From Oscillospiraceae bacterium (GTDB lineage Bacteria; Bacillota; Clostridia; Oscillospirales; Acutalibacteraceae): a DNA stretch of 64,000 bases. The stretch covers positions 2,057 through 66,056 of the forward strand of contig SVOA01000005.1 of NCBI GenBank assembly GCA_015066635.1. The letters run 5' to 3'. Shown in pieces: positions 1 to 9,417 of the stretch. The position numbers were made by a program, and so were the translations under genes. How positions within the stretch are numbered: the first letter of the stretch is position 1; every line of letters starts with the position of its first letter. The notes beneath the pieces are model-generated. The model made no database searches, had not been told where the DNA came from, and saw only the letters and a list, made by a program, of their open reading frames with translations.

Positions 1-1
1 C

Positions 2-2074
2 GAGCCGGGCGAAGGTAAGGTATTCTCCACCGTTGACGAGGCCGTTATGGCTTATGACGAGGGATATATCGGACTTCACTCAAAAATCAAGGTCAGAATG
101 ACCAAGGAAATAAACGGAGAAACCGCTTCAAAGATTATCGACACCACACTCGGTAAGATTATCTTCAACAACCCCATCCCTCAGGATCTCGGTTTTGTTG
201 ACAGAAGCGATCCCGAAAACGCTTTCAAACTTGAGGTTGATTTCCTCGTAACAAAGAAAACGCTCGGTAAGATTATTGACAGATGTATTAAGATTCACGG
301 CGTCAATAAGTCATCCGAGGTGCTTGACGCCATCAAGGCTCAGGGATATAAATACTCGACAAAGAGCGGTATTACCGTTGCGGTCTGTGACGCAATTATT
401 CCTCCCCATAAGGCAGAGCTTCTCAGTAAGGCCGGGGAAGAAATTGACGAAATCACGGAATATTACAGAGACGGTTTCCTCTCAAATGCTGAGAGAAGCA
501 AGCAGGTTATCGACGTATGGGCAAAGGTAACCGACAGCGTTTCAAAGGGCATTAAAGAGAACCTCGGCAAGGACAACCCGATATATATGATGGTTGACTC
601 CGGCGCCCGCGGTTCCGAGTCTCAGCTTCGTCAGCTGTGCGGTATGCGCGGACTTATCGCAAACACCGCAGGTAAGGTTATCGAGGTTCCCATCAGAGCT
701 AACTACCGTGAAGGACTGAACGTACTCGAGTACTTCATTTCCTCGCGCGGCGCGCGTAAGGGACTTGCGGATACAGCTCTGCGTACTGCCGACTCCGGTT
801 ATCTGACAAGACGTCTTGTTGACGTTTCTCAGGATGTTATCATCCGTGAAGAGGACTGCCATTGCCACGACGGTATTGATGTTTACGACATCAAGGACGG
901 CAACGAGCTTATCGAGAGCCTCAAGGAAAGACTTACAGGCAGATATCTGCTTGAGGACCTTGTTGATGAAAAGACAGGCGAAATCATAATGTCCAAGGAA
1001 GTTATGATGGGCGAGGAAGAGGCTGCAGAGGTTGCAGATATTGTCAACGCCAGAAAGAACCCCGAGGACAGAAAGATAAAAATTCGCTCGCTTCTTACCT
1101 GTGAATCCGAGCACGGCGTATGCATTAAGTGCTACGGCTCAAACCTTGCAACGGGCGGACCCGTTACGGTAGGCGAGGCAGTCGGAATTATCGCCGCTCA
1201 GTCCATCGGCGAACCCGGTACACAGCTTACGATGCGTACCTTCCACACCGGCGGTATCGCTTCGAGTCAGGATATTACACAGGGTCTTCCGAGAGTTGAA
1301 GAGCTCTTTGAGGCAAGAAAGCCCAAGACGCTTGCAATCCTTTCGGAGATTGACGGCAGACTTTCGTTCAGAGATATAAAGAAGAACGAGCATATCGTTA
1401 TCACTAACGATGAAACCGGCGAGGAAAAGACATATCTTATTCCTTACGGATATCATAAGAGATTCAATACCGAAACCGACGAAAAGGGCAAGCCCATTAT
1501 GATAAAGAAGGGTACGGCTCTTACCGAAGGTTCGCCGAATCCTCACGATATTCTTGCCATTAACGGCGTTCACGCGGTTCACGACTACCTCATCAAAGAG
1601 GTTCAGAGAACCTACCGTATGCAGGGTGTTGACATCAACGATAAGCACATTGAGGTTATCGTCCGTCAGATGATGAGAAAGCTCAAGATCGACGATCCGG
1701 GCTCAACTCACTTCCTGCCCGGCGAAACCATCGAAAAGACCGAGCTGAATATTGCCAACAGAAAGGCTGAGGCAGAGTGCGCGGAGAACGGCGAGGAGTT
1801 TATCCCCGCAACCTACGAACCCGTACTTCTCGGTATCACAAAGGCTTCTCTTGCTACAGATTCCTTCCTGTCGGCTGCATCCTTCCAGGAAACAACAAGA
1901 GTTCTTACAGACGCAGCTATCAAGGGTAAGGTTGACCCGCTTATCGGTCTTAAAGAAAATGTTATTATCGGTAAGCTTCTTCCTTCGGGAACAGGTATGC
2001 AGTGCTACAGCGATGTAGAGCTTGAAAATGTTTACGCATATTCAACCGAAACTGCAACGCAGGACGAAGAATAA
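2..2074 (+). CDS. rpoC: DNA-directed RNA polymerase subunit beta' (C-terminal part; 5' end lies upstream of the window)
   Basis: The reading frame is open from nt 2 ([15 protein letters not shown] precedes the listed Met). Typical beta' C-terminal motifs are present ([45 protein letters not shown]). The gene sits directly upstream of rpsL-rpsG-fusA-tuf. Confidence 0.97.
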   Translation, partial: EPGEGKVFSTVDEAVMAYDEGYIGLHSKIKVRMTKEINGETASKIIDTTLGKIIFNNPIPQDLGFVDRSDPENAFKLEVDFLVTKKTLGKIIDRCIKIHGVNKSSEVLDAIKAQGYKYSTKSGITVAVCDAIIPPHKAELLSKAGEEIDEITEYYRDGFLSNAERSKQVIDVWAKVTDSVSKGIKENLGKDNPIYMMVDSGARGSESQLRQLCGMRGLIANTAGKVIEVPIRANYREGLNVLEYFISSRGARKGLADTALRTADSGYLTRRLVDVSQDVIIREEDCHCHDGIDVYDIKDGNELIESLKERLTGRYLLEDLVDEKTGEIIMSKEVMMGEEEAAEVADIVNARKNPEDRKIKIRSLLTCESEHGVCIKCYGSNLATGGPVTVGEAVGIIAAQSIGEPGTQLTMRTFHTGGIASSQDITQGLPRVEELFEARKPKTLAILSEIDGRLSFRDIKKNEHIVITNDETGEEKTYLIPYGYHKRFNTETDEKGKPIMIKKGTALTEGSPNPHDILAINGVHAVHDYLIKEVQRTYRMQGVDINDKHIEVIVRQMMRKLKIDDPGSTHFLPGETIEKTELNIANRKAEAECAENGEEFIPATYEPVLLGITKASLATDSFLSAASFQETTRVLTDAAIKGKVDPLIGLKENVIIGKLLPSGTGMQCYSDVELENVYAYSTETATQDEE

Positions 2075-2091
2075 TTAAAATTAAATAATGC

Positions 2092-2121
2092 TTGACAATC
2101 AAAGGTTTTTAATGTTAAAAT
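2092..2121 (+). promoter_or_regulatory. Sigma-A-type promoter candidate for the str operon (TTGACA, 18-nt spacer, TAAAAT)
   Basis: TTGACA at 2092-2097 and TAAAAT at 2116-2121, read directly in the rpoC-rpsL spacer. Confidence 0.5.
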
Positions 2122-2134
2122 CTTTGATTGTGTG

Positions 2135-2175
2135 AGCAAAGCAAATACCTCGGTAATACGGGTGTTTGCTTTGCT
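2135..2175 (+). promoter_or_regulatory. 5'-proximal leader stem-loop of the rpsL mRNA (about 16 bp stem, 9-nt loop, no U-tract)
   Basis: agcaaagcaaatacct (2135-2150) pairs with gggtgtttgctttgct (2160-2175), including two G-U pairs. It lies just downstream of the predicted transcription start and is not followed by a T-run, so it is not a terminator. Confidence 0.4.
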
Positions 2176-2219
2176 GACACGCAGTGTCGTAAAATTTTTA
2201 TTTCGGAGGTGAGAAAAGA

Positions 2220-2642
2220 GTGCCGACATTTAACCAGCTTGTCAGAAACGGAAGAGAGACAGCAGAAAAGAAGTCTAAGGCTCCTGCTCTGGGCAAAGGT
2301 TTAAACTCGAAGAAGAACATTATGACAAATAATGCTTCTCCGCAGAAGAGAGGTGTTTGTACTGTTGTTAAGACAGATACACCCAAGAAGCCGAATTCAG
2401 CGCTTCGTAAACTTGCCAGAGTTCGTCTTACAAACGGTATTGAGGTTTCAGCCTATATTCCGGGCGTAGGTCACAATCTGCAGGAACACTCAGTTGTTCT
2501 TATCCGTGGCGGGCGTGTTAAGGACCTTCCCGGTGTGCGTTATCACATCATCAGAGGAACGCTTGATACGCAGGGTGTAAGCGGCAGAATGCAGAGCCGT
2601 TCAAAGTACGGTGCAAAGAAGCCGAAGACCGCCAAAAAGTAA
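2220..2642 (+). CDS. rpsL: 30S ribosomal protein S12
   Basis: GTG start preceded by [22 protein letters not shown]...[11 protein letters not shown]...VRYHIIRG is diagnostic of S12. Confidence 0.97.
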   Translation: MPTFNQLVRNGRETAEKKSKAPALGKGLNSKKNIMTNNASPQKRGVCTVVKTDTPKKPNSALRKLARVRLTNGIEVSAYIPGVGHNLQEHSVVLIRGGRVKDLPGVRYHIIRGTLDTQGVSGRMQSRSKYGAKKPKTAKK

Positions 2643-2791
2643 GGTTAGTCAGACCTTAATAGCTAACAGACAGAATCTACTTGCTAAGGTTTAGCCGATG
2701 CAGGTGTATATTATATATGCCTTTTGCGTTGGCACCACGGGTTTTGTCACCGAGTACCTATGATATCATTACTATGAAGGAGGGAAGCGAA

Positions 2792-3262
2792 GTGCCAAGA
2801 AGAGGCCAGATCGCAAAACGTGATGTTTTGCCGGATCCGCTTTACAATTCAAAGCTTGTAACAAGGCTTATCAACAGCGTTATGTTGGACGGAAAGAAGG
2901 GCGTTGCCCAGAAAATCGTTTACGATGCTTTCGACATTATCGCTGAAAAGACAGGCAAGGAACCCCTTGAGGTTTTCGATGCCGCTATGGAAAACGTTAG
3001 TCCCCAGCTTGAGGTTAAGGCTCGCCGTATAGGCGGTGCTACCTATCAGGTTCCCATGGAGGTCCGTCCCGAGAGAAGACAGACTTTAGGACTTCGTTGG
3101 ATTACTCTTTACGCCCGTCAGCGTTCCGAAAGAACGATGAAGGAAAGACTCGCTAACGAGATTATGGATGCTGTCAACGAAACAGGCGCAGCGTTCAAAA
3201 AGCGTGATGAGACACACAGAATGGCAGAAGCAAACAAGGCTTTTGCACATTTCAGATGGTAA
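2792..3262 (+). CDS. rpsG: 30S ribosomal protein S7
   Basis: The ORF track starts at 2681, but the S7 N-terminus (V)[15 protein letters not shown] begins at GTG 2792, preceded by GAAGGAGGGAAG. The remainder is canonical S7. Confidence 0.95.
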   Translation: MPRRGQIAKRDVLPDPLYNSKLVTRLINSVMLDGKKGVAQKIVYDAFDIIAEKTGKEPLEVFDAAMENVSPQLEVKARRIGGATYQVPMEVRPERRQTLGLRWITLYARQRSERTMKERLANEIMDAVNETGAAFKKRDETHRMAEANKAFAHFRW

Positions 3263-3309
3263 TTTTACAATACTGTCTGAATTATTCCCACTAAGCATTG
3301 GAGGACATT

Positions 3310-5391
3310 ATGCCAAGACAGGTATCTCTTGAAAAAACAAGAAATATTGGTATTATGGCTCATATCGATGCCGGTAAAACAACTACCACAGAGAGAATTT
3401 TGTTTTACACAGGTGTTAACCATAAATTAGGTGAAACACATGACGGCGACGCGACCATGGACTGGATGGCTCAGGAGCAGGAGAGAGGTATTACCATCAC
3501 TTCTGCCGCTACCACCTGTTTCTGGAAAGAGCACCGTATCAATATTATAGACACTCCCGGTCACGTTGACTTCACTGTTGAGGTTCAGCGTTCACTTCGC
3601 GTGCTTGACGGTTCCGTAACCGTTTTGTGTGCAAAGGGCGGTGTCGAGCCCCAGTCTGAGACGGTTTGGCGTCAGGCTGACGAGTACAAGGTTCCCCGTA
3701 TGATTTACATCAACAAGATGGACATTATGGGCGCGGACTTCTACAGAGTACTCGACATGGTGGACGAGAGATTCAAATGCAATCCCGTTCCGATTCAGCT
3801 GCCGATAGGCTCGGAAGATACATTTAAGGGTATAGTTGACCTTGTTGAAATGGATGCTGAAATTTATTACGACGACTTAGGTAAGGACGTTCGCCGTGAG
3901 CCGATTCCCGAGGAGATGAAGGATCTGGCTGCGGAATACCGTACCAAGCTTATAGAGCAGGTTGTCGAAATGGATGAGGATCTCATGATGGAATACCTTG
4001 AAAACGGCACAGAACCTTCTGTTGCTGATATCAAGAGGATAATCCGAAAGGCAACTATTGAAAATGCCATGGTACCGATTACTTGCGGTACTTCATACAG
4101 AAACAAGGGCGTTCAGCCGTTGCTGGATGCGATTGTTGACTATATGCCCGCTCCTACTGACGTTGAGTCAATAAAGGGCGTTAATCCCTATACTGACAAA
4201 GAGGAAGTCAGACACTCCTCAGACAGCGAGCCGTTTGCAGCTCTTGCATTTAAGATTGCAACAGACCCGTTTGTCGGTAAGCTCTGCTTCTTCAGAGTTT
4301 ATTCGGGAACTATTGACGCGGGCGCAACAGTTTACAATTCGGTTAAAGCAAATAAGGAAAGAATGGGACGCATCCTTCAGATGCATGCAAACCACAGAGA
4401 AGATATCGCAACCGTATATTCGGGCGATATCGCTGCAGCCGTAGGTCTTAAAAATACGACCACCGGCGACACTCTCTGCGATGAGAAGCACCCCGTAATT
4501 CTCGAGTCAATGAACTTCCCGGATCCCGTTATCCGTGTTGCCATTGAGCCCAAGACCAAAGCCGGTCAGGAGAAAATGGGTATCGCTCTTCAGAAGCTTG
4601 CGGAGGAGGATCCCACCTTTAAGTGCTACACCGATGAGGAAACCGGACAGACCATTATTGCAGGTATGGGCGAGCTCCATCTTGAAATTATCGTTGACAG
4701 AATGCTCCGTGAATTCAAGGTTGAGGCAAACGTAGGCAGACCTCAGGTTGCCTACAAGGAAACCATCCGTGCCGAGGCATCATCTGACACCAAGTATGCC
4801 CGTCAGTCAGGCGGTAAGGGTCAGTACGGTCATGTTAAAATCAATATCGAGCCCAACCCCCACGGCGGTTACGAATTCGTCAATAAGGTTGTCGGCGGCG
4901 CAATTCCCAAGGAATACATTGAACCTGCAAATCAGGGTATTCAGGGTGCTATGCAGACAGGTGTACTTGCGGGTTATCCCGTAGTTGACGTCAAGGTTAC
5001 GCTTTATGACGGTTCTTACCACGAGGTTGACTCATCCGAAATGGCGTTCAAAATTGCCGGTTCAATGGCTTTCAAGGACGCAGCAAGGAAGGCAGACCCC
5101 ATTATCCTTGAACCCATAATGAAGGTTGTTGTTATCGTTCCCGAGGAATATATGGGCGACGTCATAGGCGACCTTAACTCAAGGAGAGGCGAGATTCAGG
5201 GCTTTGAGGACCGTTCGGGCGTTAAGCAGATTAACGCGCACGTTCCTCTCTCGGAGATGTTCGGCTATGCTACCGACCTCCGTTCCAAGACACAGGGACG
5301 CGGTCAGTATGTAATGGAACCCGACGGTTATAAAGAGGTTCCGAAGTCAATTTCCGAAAAGATTATCAGCGAAAGAGCCAAGAAAGACTGA
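3310..5391 (+). CDS. fusA: Elongation factor G
   Basis: [35 protein letters not shown], with the G-domain motifs DTPGH and NKMD. ATG 3310 follows GGAGGA; the TTG at 3298 is unlikely to be the real start. Confidence 0.97.
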   Translation: MPRQVSLEKTRNIGIMAHIDAGKTTTTERILFYTGVNHKLGETHDGDATMDWMAQEQERGITITSAATTCFWKEHRINIIDTPGHVDFTVEVQRSLRVLDGSVTVLCAKGGVEPQSETVWRQADEYKVPRMIYINKMDIMGADFYRVLDMVDERFKCNPVPIQLPIGSEDTFKGIVDLVEMDAEIYYDDLGKDVRREPIPEEMKDLAAEYRTKLIEQVVEMDEDLMMEYLENGTEPSVADIKRIIRKATIENAMVPITCGTSYRNKGVQPLLDAIVDYMPAPTDVESIKGVNPYTDKEEVRHSSDSEPFAALAFKIATDPFVGKLCFFRVYSGTIDAGATVYNSVKANKERMGRILQMHANHREDIATVYSGDIAAAVGLKNTTTGDTLCDEKHPVILESMNFPDPVIRVAIEPKTKAGQEKMGIALQKLAEEDPTFKCYTDEETGQTIIAGMGELHLEIIVDRMLREFKVEANVGRPQVAYKETIRAEASSDTKYARQSGGKGQYGHVKINIEPNPHGGYEFVNKVVGGAIPKEYIEPANQGIQGAMQTGVLAGYPVVDVKVTLYDGSYHEVDSSEMAFKIAGSMAFKDAARKADPIILEPIMKVVVIVPEEYMGDVIGDLNSRRGEIQGFEDRSGVKQINAHVPLSEMFGYATDLRSKTQGRGQYVMEPDGYKEVPKSISEKIISERAKKD

Positions 5392-5409
5392 TAATTTATG
5401 TAAAAAGGC

Positions 5410-5438
5410 TTGATATTTTGCTAAAATATTGGTAAAAT
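5410..5438 (+). promoter_or_regulatory. Internal promoter candidate for tuf (TTGATA, 17-nt spacer, TAAAAT)
   Basis: Hexamers read at 5410-5415 and 5433-5438. The element is embedded in a perfect 12-bp inverted repeat (5408-5419 / 5434-5445). Confidence 0.5.
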
Positions 5439-5493
5439 ATCAAGCGTGAAATAAAAATTTATTTTATCCACACATAAAAGGAGGAAATTCCAA

Positions 5494-6687
5494 ATGGCAA
5501 AGGCAAAATTTGAAAGAACAAAACCCCATGTTAATATTGGTACTATCGGTCACGTTGACCACGGTAAGACAACATTAACAGCTGCTATCACAAAGACACT
5601 CGCTTCAAAGGGTCAGGCTGACTTCGTTGACTATGCAAACATCGATAAGGCTCCCGAAGAGAGAGAGCGCGGTATTACTATCAACACAGCTCACGTTGAG
5701 TATGAGACCGACAAGCGTCACTATGCTCACGTTGACTGCCCCGGCCACGCTGACTATATCAAGAACATGATTACAGGTGCTGCACAGATGGATGGTGCTA
5801 TCCTTGTTATCGCTGCTACAGACGGCCCGATGGCTCAGACAAAAGAGCATCTTCTTCTTGCCCGTCAGGTTGGCGTTCCGGCAATCATCGTATTCCTTAA
5901 CAAGTGCGACCAGGTTGACGATCCCGAGCTCCTTGAACTCGTTGAGATGGAAGTTCGTGAGACTCTTGCTGAGTACGAATTCGATGAGAACTGCCCGATC
6001 ATTAAGGGCTCAGCTCTTAAGGCTCTTGAAGCTTCAGATCCTAACTCTGATGACGTTAAGTGCATTTGGGAACTCATGGACGCAGTTGACAATTACATTC
6101 CTACTCCCGACCGTAAGGCAGACCAGCCGTTCCTTATGCCTGTTGAGGACGTTATGACCATCACAGGCCGTGGTACAGTTGCTACCGGCAGAGTTGAGCG
6201 CGGACAGCTCAGACTCGGCGAGGAAGTTGAAATCGTTGGTCTTACAGAAGAGAAGTCAAAGACAGTCGTTACAGGTATCGAGATGTTCAGAAAGACTCTT
6301 GATTACGCTGAGGCAGGCGACAACATCGGTGCACTTCTTCGTGGTGTTGACAGAAAAGGTATTGAGCGCGGACAGGTTCTTTCAAAGCCCGGTTCAATCC
6401 ATCCCCACACTAAGTTCAGAGGCCAGGTTTACGTTCTTACCAAGGACGAAGGCGGCCGTCATACTCCGTTCTTCAACAACTACCGTCCTCAGTTCTATTT
6501 CAGAACAACAGATGTAACAGGTATCATCACTCTTCCCGCAGGCACAGAGATGTGCATGCCCGGTGATAACGTTGAAATGGACGTTGAACTTATCACTCCC
6601 ATCGCTATTGAAGAAGGTCTCCGTTTCGCTATCCGTGAAGGCGGCAGAACAGTTGGTTCAGGCGTTGTTATCGCTATCAACGAATAA
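5494..6687 (+). CDS. tuf: Elongation factor Tu
   Basis: [33 protein letters not shown]... is full-length canonical EF-Tu. RBS AAAGGAGGA lies upstream. Confidence 0.98.
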   Translation: MAKAKFERTKPHVNIGTIGHVDHGKTTLTAAITKTLASKGQADFVDYANIDKAPEERERGITINTAHVEYETDKRHYAHVDCPGHADYIKNMITGAAQMDGAILVIAATDGPMAQTKEHLLLARQVGVPAIIVFLNKCDQVDDPELLELVEMEVRETLAEYEFDENCPIIKGSALKALEASDPNSDDVKCIWELMDAVDNYIPTPDRKADQPFLMPVEDVMTITGRGTVATGRVERGQLRLGEEVEIVGLTEEKSKTVVTGIEMFRKTLDYAEAGDNIGALLRGVDRKGIERGQVLSKPGSIHPHTKFRGQVYVLTKDEGGRHTPFFNNYRPQFYFRTTDVTGIITLPAGTEMCMPGDNVEMDVELITPIAIEEGLRFAIREGGRTVGSGVVIAINE

Positions 6688-6720
6688 TTCTTTTACGGCG
6701 TAAGAATTTAATTAAAATCA

Positions 6721-6757
6721 AACTCCTCTGTCTGAAAGGACAGAGGAGTTTTTTTGT
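6721..6757. terminator. Bidirectional rho-independent terminator (tuf / YolD-like gene)
   Basis: aactcctctgtc-tgaaag-gacagaggagtt forms a 12-bp perfect stem followed by TTTTTT. It sits between convergent genes. Confidence 0.8.
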
Positions 6758-6951
6758 TATTTGTTTTTCCCGTTTGTATGCTCGGAGGTTTTCCGAATAG
6801 ACTCGTCATAACCGCTTAGCGCCGCAAACGGAGCGAATTGCGCCGCCCTGTCATGCATTGACATATGCTTACGCCTTGAGGACTGATAGTGAGGCAGGTC
6901 AATTATGTGCGCGTATTTCTCAGCGCCGTTTTCTTTTTTTTGACTGTTCAT
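6757..6951 (-). CDS. YolD-like protein (small accessory protein of Gram-positive Y-family polymerase operons)
   Basis: 64 aa with the RAAQFAPFAALSGY core typical of YolD-like proteins. ATGA start/stop overlap with the upstream polymerase gene. Confidence 0.7.
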   Translation of the reverse strand: MNSQKKENGAEKYAHIIDLPHYQSSRRKHMSMHDRAAQFAPFAALSGYDESIRKTSEHTNGKNK

Positions 6952-8429
6952 GCCTTATGCCCTCCTATCTGCTTATTGCGGTCTATTGCCGTTGCGCCCT
7001 CCTCAAGATTTATGCCTTTGAGTACGGCGTTCTTACCGTAACGCTTTTGCAGGGAAAGTACGGCCAACTGAAGATTTTTTTCCTTTTCAAGCCGTTCTTT
7101 TTCTTTGTTAAGCTCCTTTTCGCGCTGAGAATAGTCCACAAAAAGACTCAACTGTTCGGGTTCCGGCTTGGAAATATTACCCTCAACGGCAATATGATTT
7201 GCAACTATATACATTCTGCGCACGAGCAAATCTTTATCGACAATTCGGTCAAAGAGATGCAGAACGGTTTTATATATCTTTGAAATAGATGAGGTAAATT
7301 CGCCTATGTTTTCACTCCCGTGAGCCTGCTTAGGAACCTTGCGTCCGTATCTGTCAAGGGTAAACTCGCCCTTATAGTCATTATTCTGTATATCATAGCC
7401 GACTGTCAGCACCATCTGGTCTGTGGTAAGCCGTTTATCGACAAGTTCGAGTACAAGTGATTGCGTCATCTCTTTTATTATAAGTCTCGCTTTTTCAAAA
7501 TTGTACGGCTCGGCCAGAACCTGCCCGAGACTTAACGACCTATCCTGTGGTTTGTAAGACTTTATGTCGGATATTCTGCACGGCTCCCAGCCCCACGCGT
7601 GGTCAATAAGAAGCTCGGCGTATATACCGAATTCTTCATAGAGAATGTCCTCGTTTTTAAGTGAGAATTCGGCTATATCCCCCATTGTGTGAAGTCCGTA
7701 TTTGTTAAGCCGCCTGACATATCCCGCGCCTATGCGCCAGAAGTCGGTTAAGGGCTGATGATTCCACAGAAGCTCACGGTAACTGCGCTCGTCAAGCTCG
7801 GCTATGCGCACGCCGTCCCGGTCTGAGGGAATATGCTTTGCAACAATATCCATCGCAATTTTGCAAAGATAGAGATTTGTTCCTATGCCTGCGGTGGCGG
7901 TAATTCCCGTCTGCTTAAGCACATCCTTTATCATGGTCCTTGTCAGCTCGTATGCGCTCATTTTATAAGTTTCAAGATAATCGGTAACATCTATAAAGAC
8001 CTCGTCCACCGAGTAAACGTGTATATCCTCCGAGGAAACGTACTTCAGATAAATCTGATAGATTTTTGTACTCAGCTCCATATAGTAAGCCATCCTCGGG
8101 GGAGCAACGATAAAATCAAGTTTAAGAGATGAATTCTGTTTCAGTTCAGAGTCAAAATATGACAAACCCGAAAAAACGCCGTCGGGAGCATTCTTTTGCC
8201 GCTCGGCGTTTACTTCGCGTACTTTCTGAATTACCTCAAAAAGTCTTGCCCTGCCGGGAATTCCGTAGCTTTTGAGCGAAGGCGTTACGGCAAGGCATAT
8301 TGTTTTTTCGGTACGGCTGAGGTCGGCAACAACAAGATTTGTATTCAGGGGGTTAAGCCCTCTCTGAATACACTCTGCCGAAGCGTAAAACGACTTCAGG
8401 TCTATTGCCGCATAATATCTCTGTTTCAA
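6948..8429 (-). CDS. Y-family (UmuC/PolY2-UvrX-like) translesion DNA polymerase
   Basis: The N-terminus YYAAIDLKSFYASAEC (UmuC/ImpB-type catalytic motif), SVDEVFIDVT and later palm/little-finger regions. 493 aa. Confidence 0.9.
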   Translation of the reverse strand: MKQRYYAAIDLKSFYASAECIQRGLNPLNTNLVVADLSRTEKTICLAVTPSLKSYGIPGRARLFEVIQKVREVNAERQKNAPDGVFSGLSYFDSELKQNSSLKLDFIVAPPRMAYYMELSTKIYQIYLKYVSSEDIHVYSVDEVFIDVTDYLETYKMSAYELTRTMIKDVLKQTGITATAGIGTNLYLCKIAMDIVAKHIPSDRDGVRIAELDERSYRELLWNHQPLTDFWRIGAGYVRRLNKYGLHTMGDIAEFSLKNEDILYEEFGIYAELLIDHAWGWEPCRISDIKSYKPQDRSLSLGQVLAEPYNFEKARLIIKEMTQSLVLELVDKRLTTDQMVLTVGYDIQNNDYKGEFTLDRYGRKVPKQAHGSENIGEFTSSISKIYKTVLHLFDRIVDKDLLVRRMYIVANHIAVEGNISKPEPEQLSLFVDYSQREKELNKEKERLEKEKNLQLAVLSLQKRYGKNAVLKGINLEEGATAIDRNKQIGGHKA

Positions 8430-8695
8430 TCAGCGTGTCTCCTTTTCTTTGCTTTTGGCTCTACAAACCATTTGCTTTCGTATAAATCTTCAAACAGATA
8501 AGTCTGTTTTCCCCCGATAACAACGGGATACCTCAGACCGCAGCCGCCTGATGGCGAGACGGTCTGTTTGACATCTCCTACCGCGTCAATGTTATACATA
8601 CTGCCGTCGGTCCATTTTACCGTAATCGGTCTTTTGTTGCCGTCAGCGCTGTGACAAAGCACAACGTCAACATATATTCTTCCCAAAGCCTTCAT
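8426..8695 (-). CDS. Hypothetical 89-aa protein, first gene of the SOS/TLS operon
   Basis: The ORF has a 4-nt overlap with the polymerase start. It is preceded by GAGAGGA and by a promoter plus LexA box. I recognise no family. Confidence 0.6.
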   Translation of the reverse strand: MKALGRIYVDVVLCHSADGNKRPITVKWTDGSMYNIDAVGDVKQTVSPSGGCGLRYPVVIGGKQTYLFEDLYESKWFVEPKAKKRRHAD

Positions 8696-8722
8696 TATAT
8701 AACAATCCTCTCAAAACAAAAC

Positions 8723-8736
8723 CGAACAAATGTTCT
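8723..8736 (-). promoter_or_regulatory. LexA (Cheo/SOS) box, GAAC-N4-GTTC type
   Basis: The plus strand reads CGAACAAATGTTCT; the coding strand reads AGAACATTTGTTCG. It lies immediately downstream of the -10 of the operon promoter and about 30 nt upstream of the first start codon. Confidence 0.65.
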
Positions 8737-8742
8737 GATATA

Positions 8743-8770
8743 AATATATCACAAAATACGCATTTGTCAA
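8743..8770 (-). promoter_or_regulatory. Sigma-A-type promoter of the TLS operon (TTGACA, 16-nt spacer, TATATT on the minus strand)
   Basis: tgtcaa at 8765-8770 and aatata at 8743-8748 on the plus strand. Confidence 0.5.
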
Positions 8771-8898
8771 CCGGAAAATAAAGGATAAAACGGGAAACTA
8801 AGGAATTTGAGTACCTTTGTCGGGACTTTATTATAAAATAAGAATATGTAAATGAATATTCCGTATATATCCTCATATATTTTTTATGGGGTGATATT

Positions 8899-9375
8899 AT
8901 GAAAAACAAACCGTGGAAAAATTATGCTTTCTGGATAGCGGTTACGGAAATTGTCGGGCTGATTGCAGGTTTAATCAGCCGTAAAGGCACAGAGCTTTAC
9001 AGTGAAACAATTATTAAGCCGCCGCTTTCTCCGCCCGCTTTGCTTTTCCCGATAGTGTGGGTTCTGCTTTACGCTGTTATGGGTATCGGAGCCGCAAAAA
9101 TAAGTCTGTCAAGACCGTCGGAAACGCGCAGAAAGGCGCTCTATATCTATATCGCACAGCTTGCGGTAAACTTTTTCTGGAGCATAATTTTCTTTAACTT
9201 TCAGGCGTTTGCTTTCGCTTATGTGTGGCTGCTCGCCTTATGGGGGCTCATAGTTCTGATGATTCTGTCCTTCAGAAAGCTCGACAAAACTGCAGCGTAT
9301 CTGCAGATACCGTATCTTGTCTGGGTGTCGTTTGCGGGGTATCTCAATCTCGGAGTATGGCTTCTCAACAGATAA
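8899..9375 (+). CDS. tspO: TspO/MBR family tryptophan-rich sensory protein
   Basis: Five predicted TM helices. KPPLSPPALLFPIVWVLLYAVMG and the W-rich C-terminal helices are typical of TspO. Confidence 0.85.
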   Translation: MKNKPWKNYAFWIAVTEIVGLIAGLISRKGTELYSETIIKPPLSPPALLFPIVWVLLYAVMGIGAAKISLSRPSETRRKALYIYIAQLAVNFFWSIIFFNFQAFAFAYVWLLALWGLIVLMILSFRKLDKTAAYLQIPYLVWVSFAGYLNLGVWLLNR

Positions 9376-9378
9376 AAA

Positions 9379-9416
9379 ATCTCTCTTGCCGACACCGTTC
9401 CGACAAGAGAGTTTTT
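9379..9416. terminator. Bidirectional terminator (tspO / LRR-SLH gene)
   Basis: ctctcttgccg...cgacaagagag stem (one mismatch) followed by TTTTT, between convergent genes. Confidence 0.6.
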
Positions 9417-9417
9417 A

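Noticed and set aside
2681-2791. An N-terminal extension of the rpsG ORF (37 extra codons), which would make a 193-aa S7.
   Set aside because: The S7 N-terminus (PRRGQIAKR) begins at GTG 2792, directly behind a strong GGAGGG RBS. The extension has no homology to S7 and looks non-coding.
8667-8909. An 80-aa minus-strand ORF across the TLS-operon promoter region.
   Set aside because: It covers the promoter/LexA-box region and overlaps two real gene starts. Its AT-rich, Phe/Ile/Tyr-rich product is typical of non-coding DNA.
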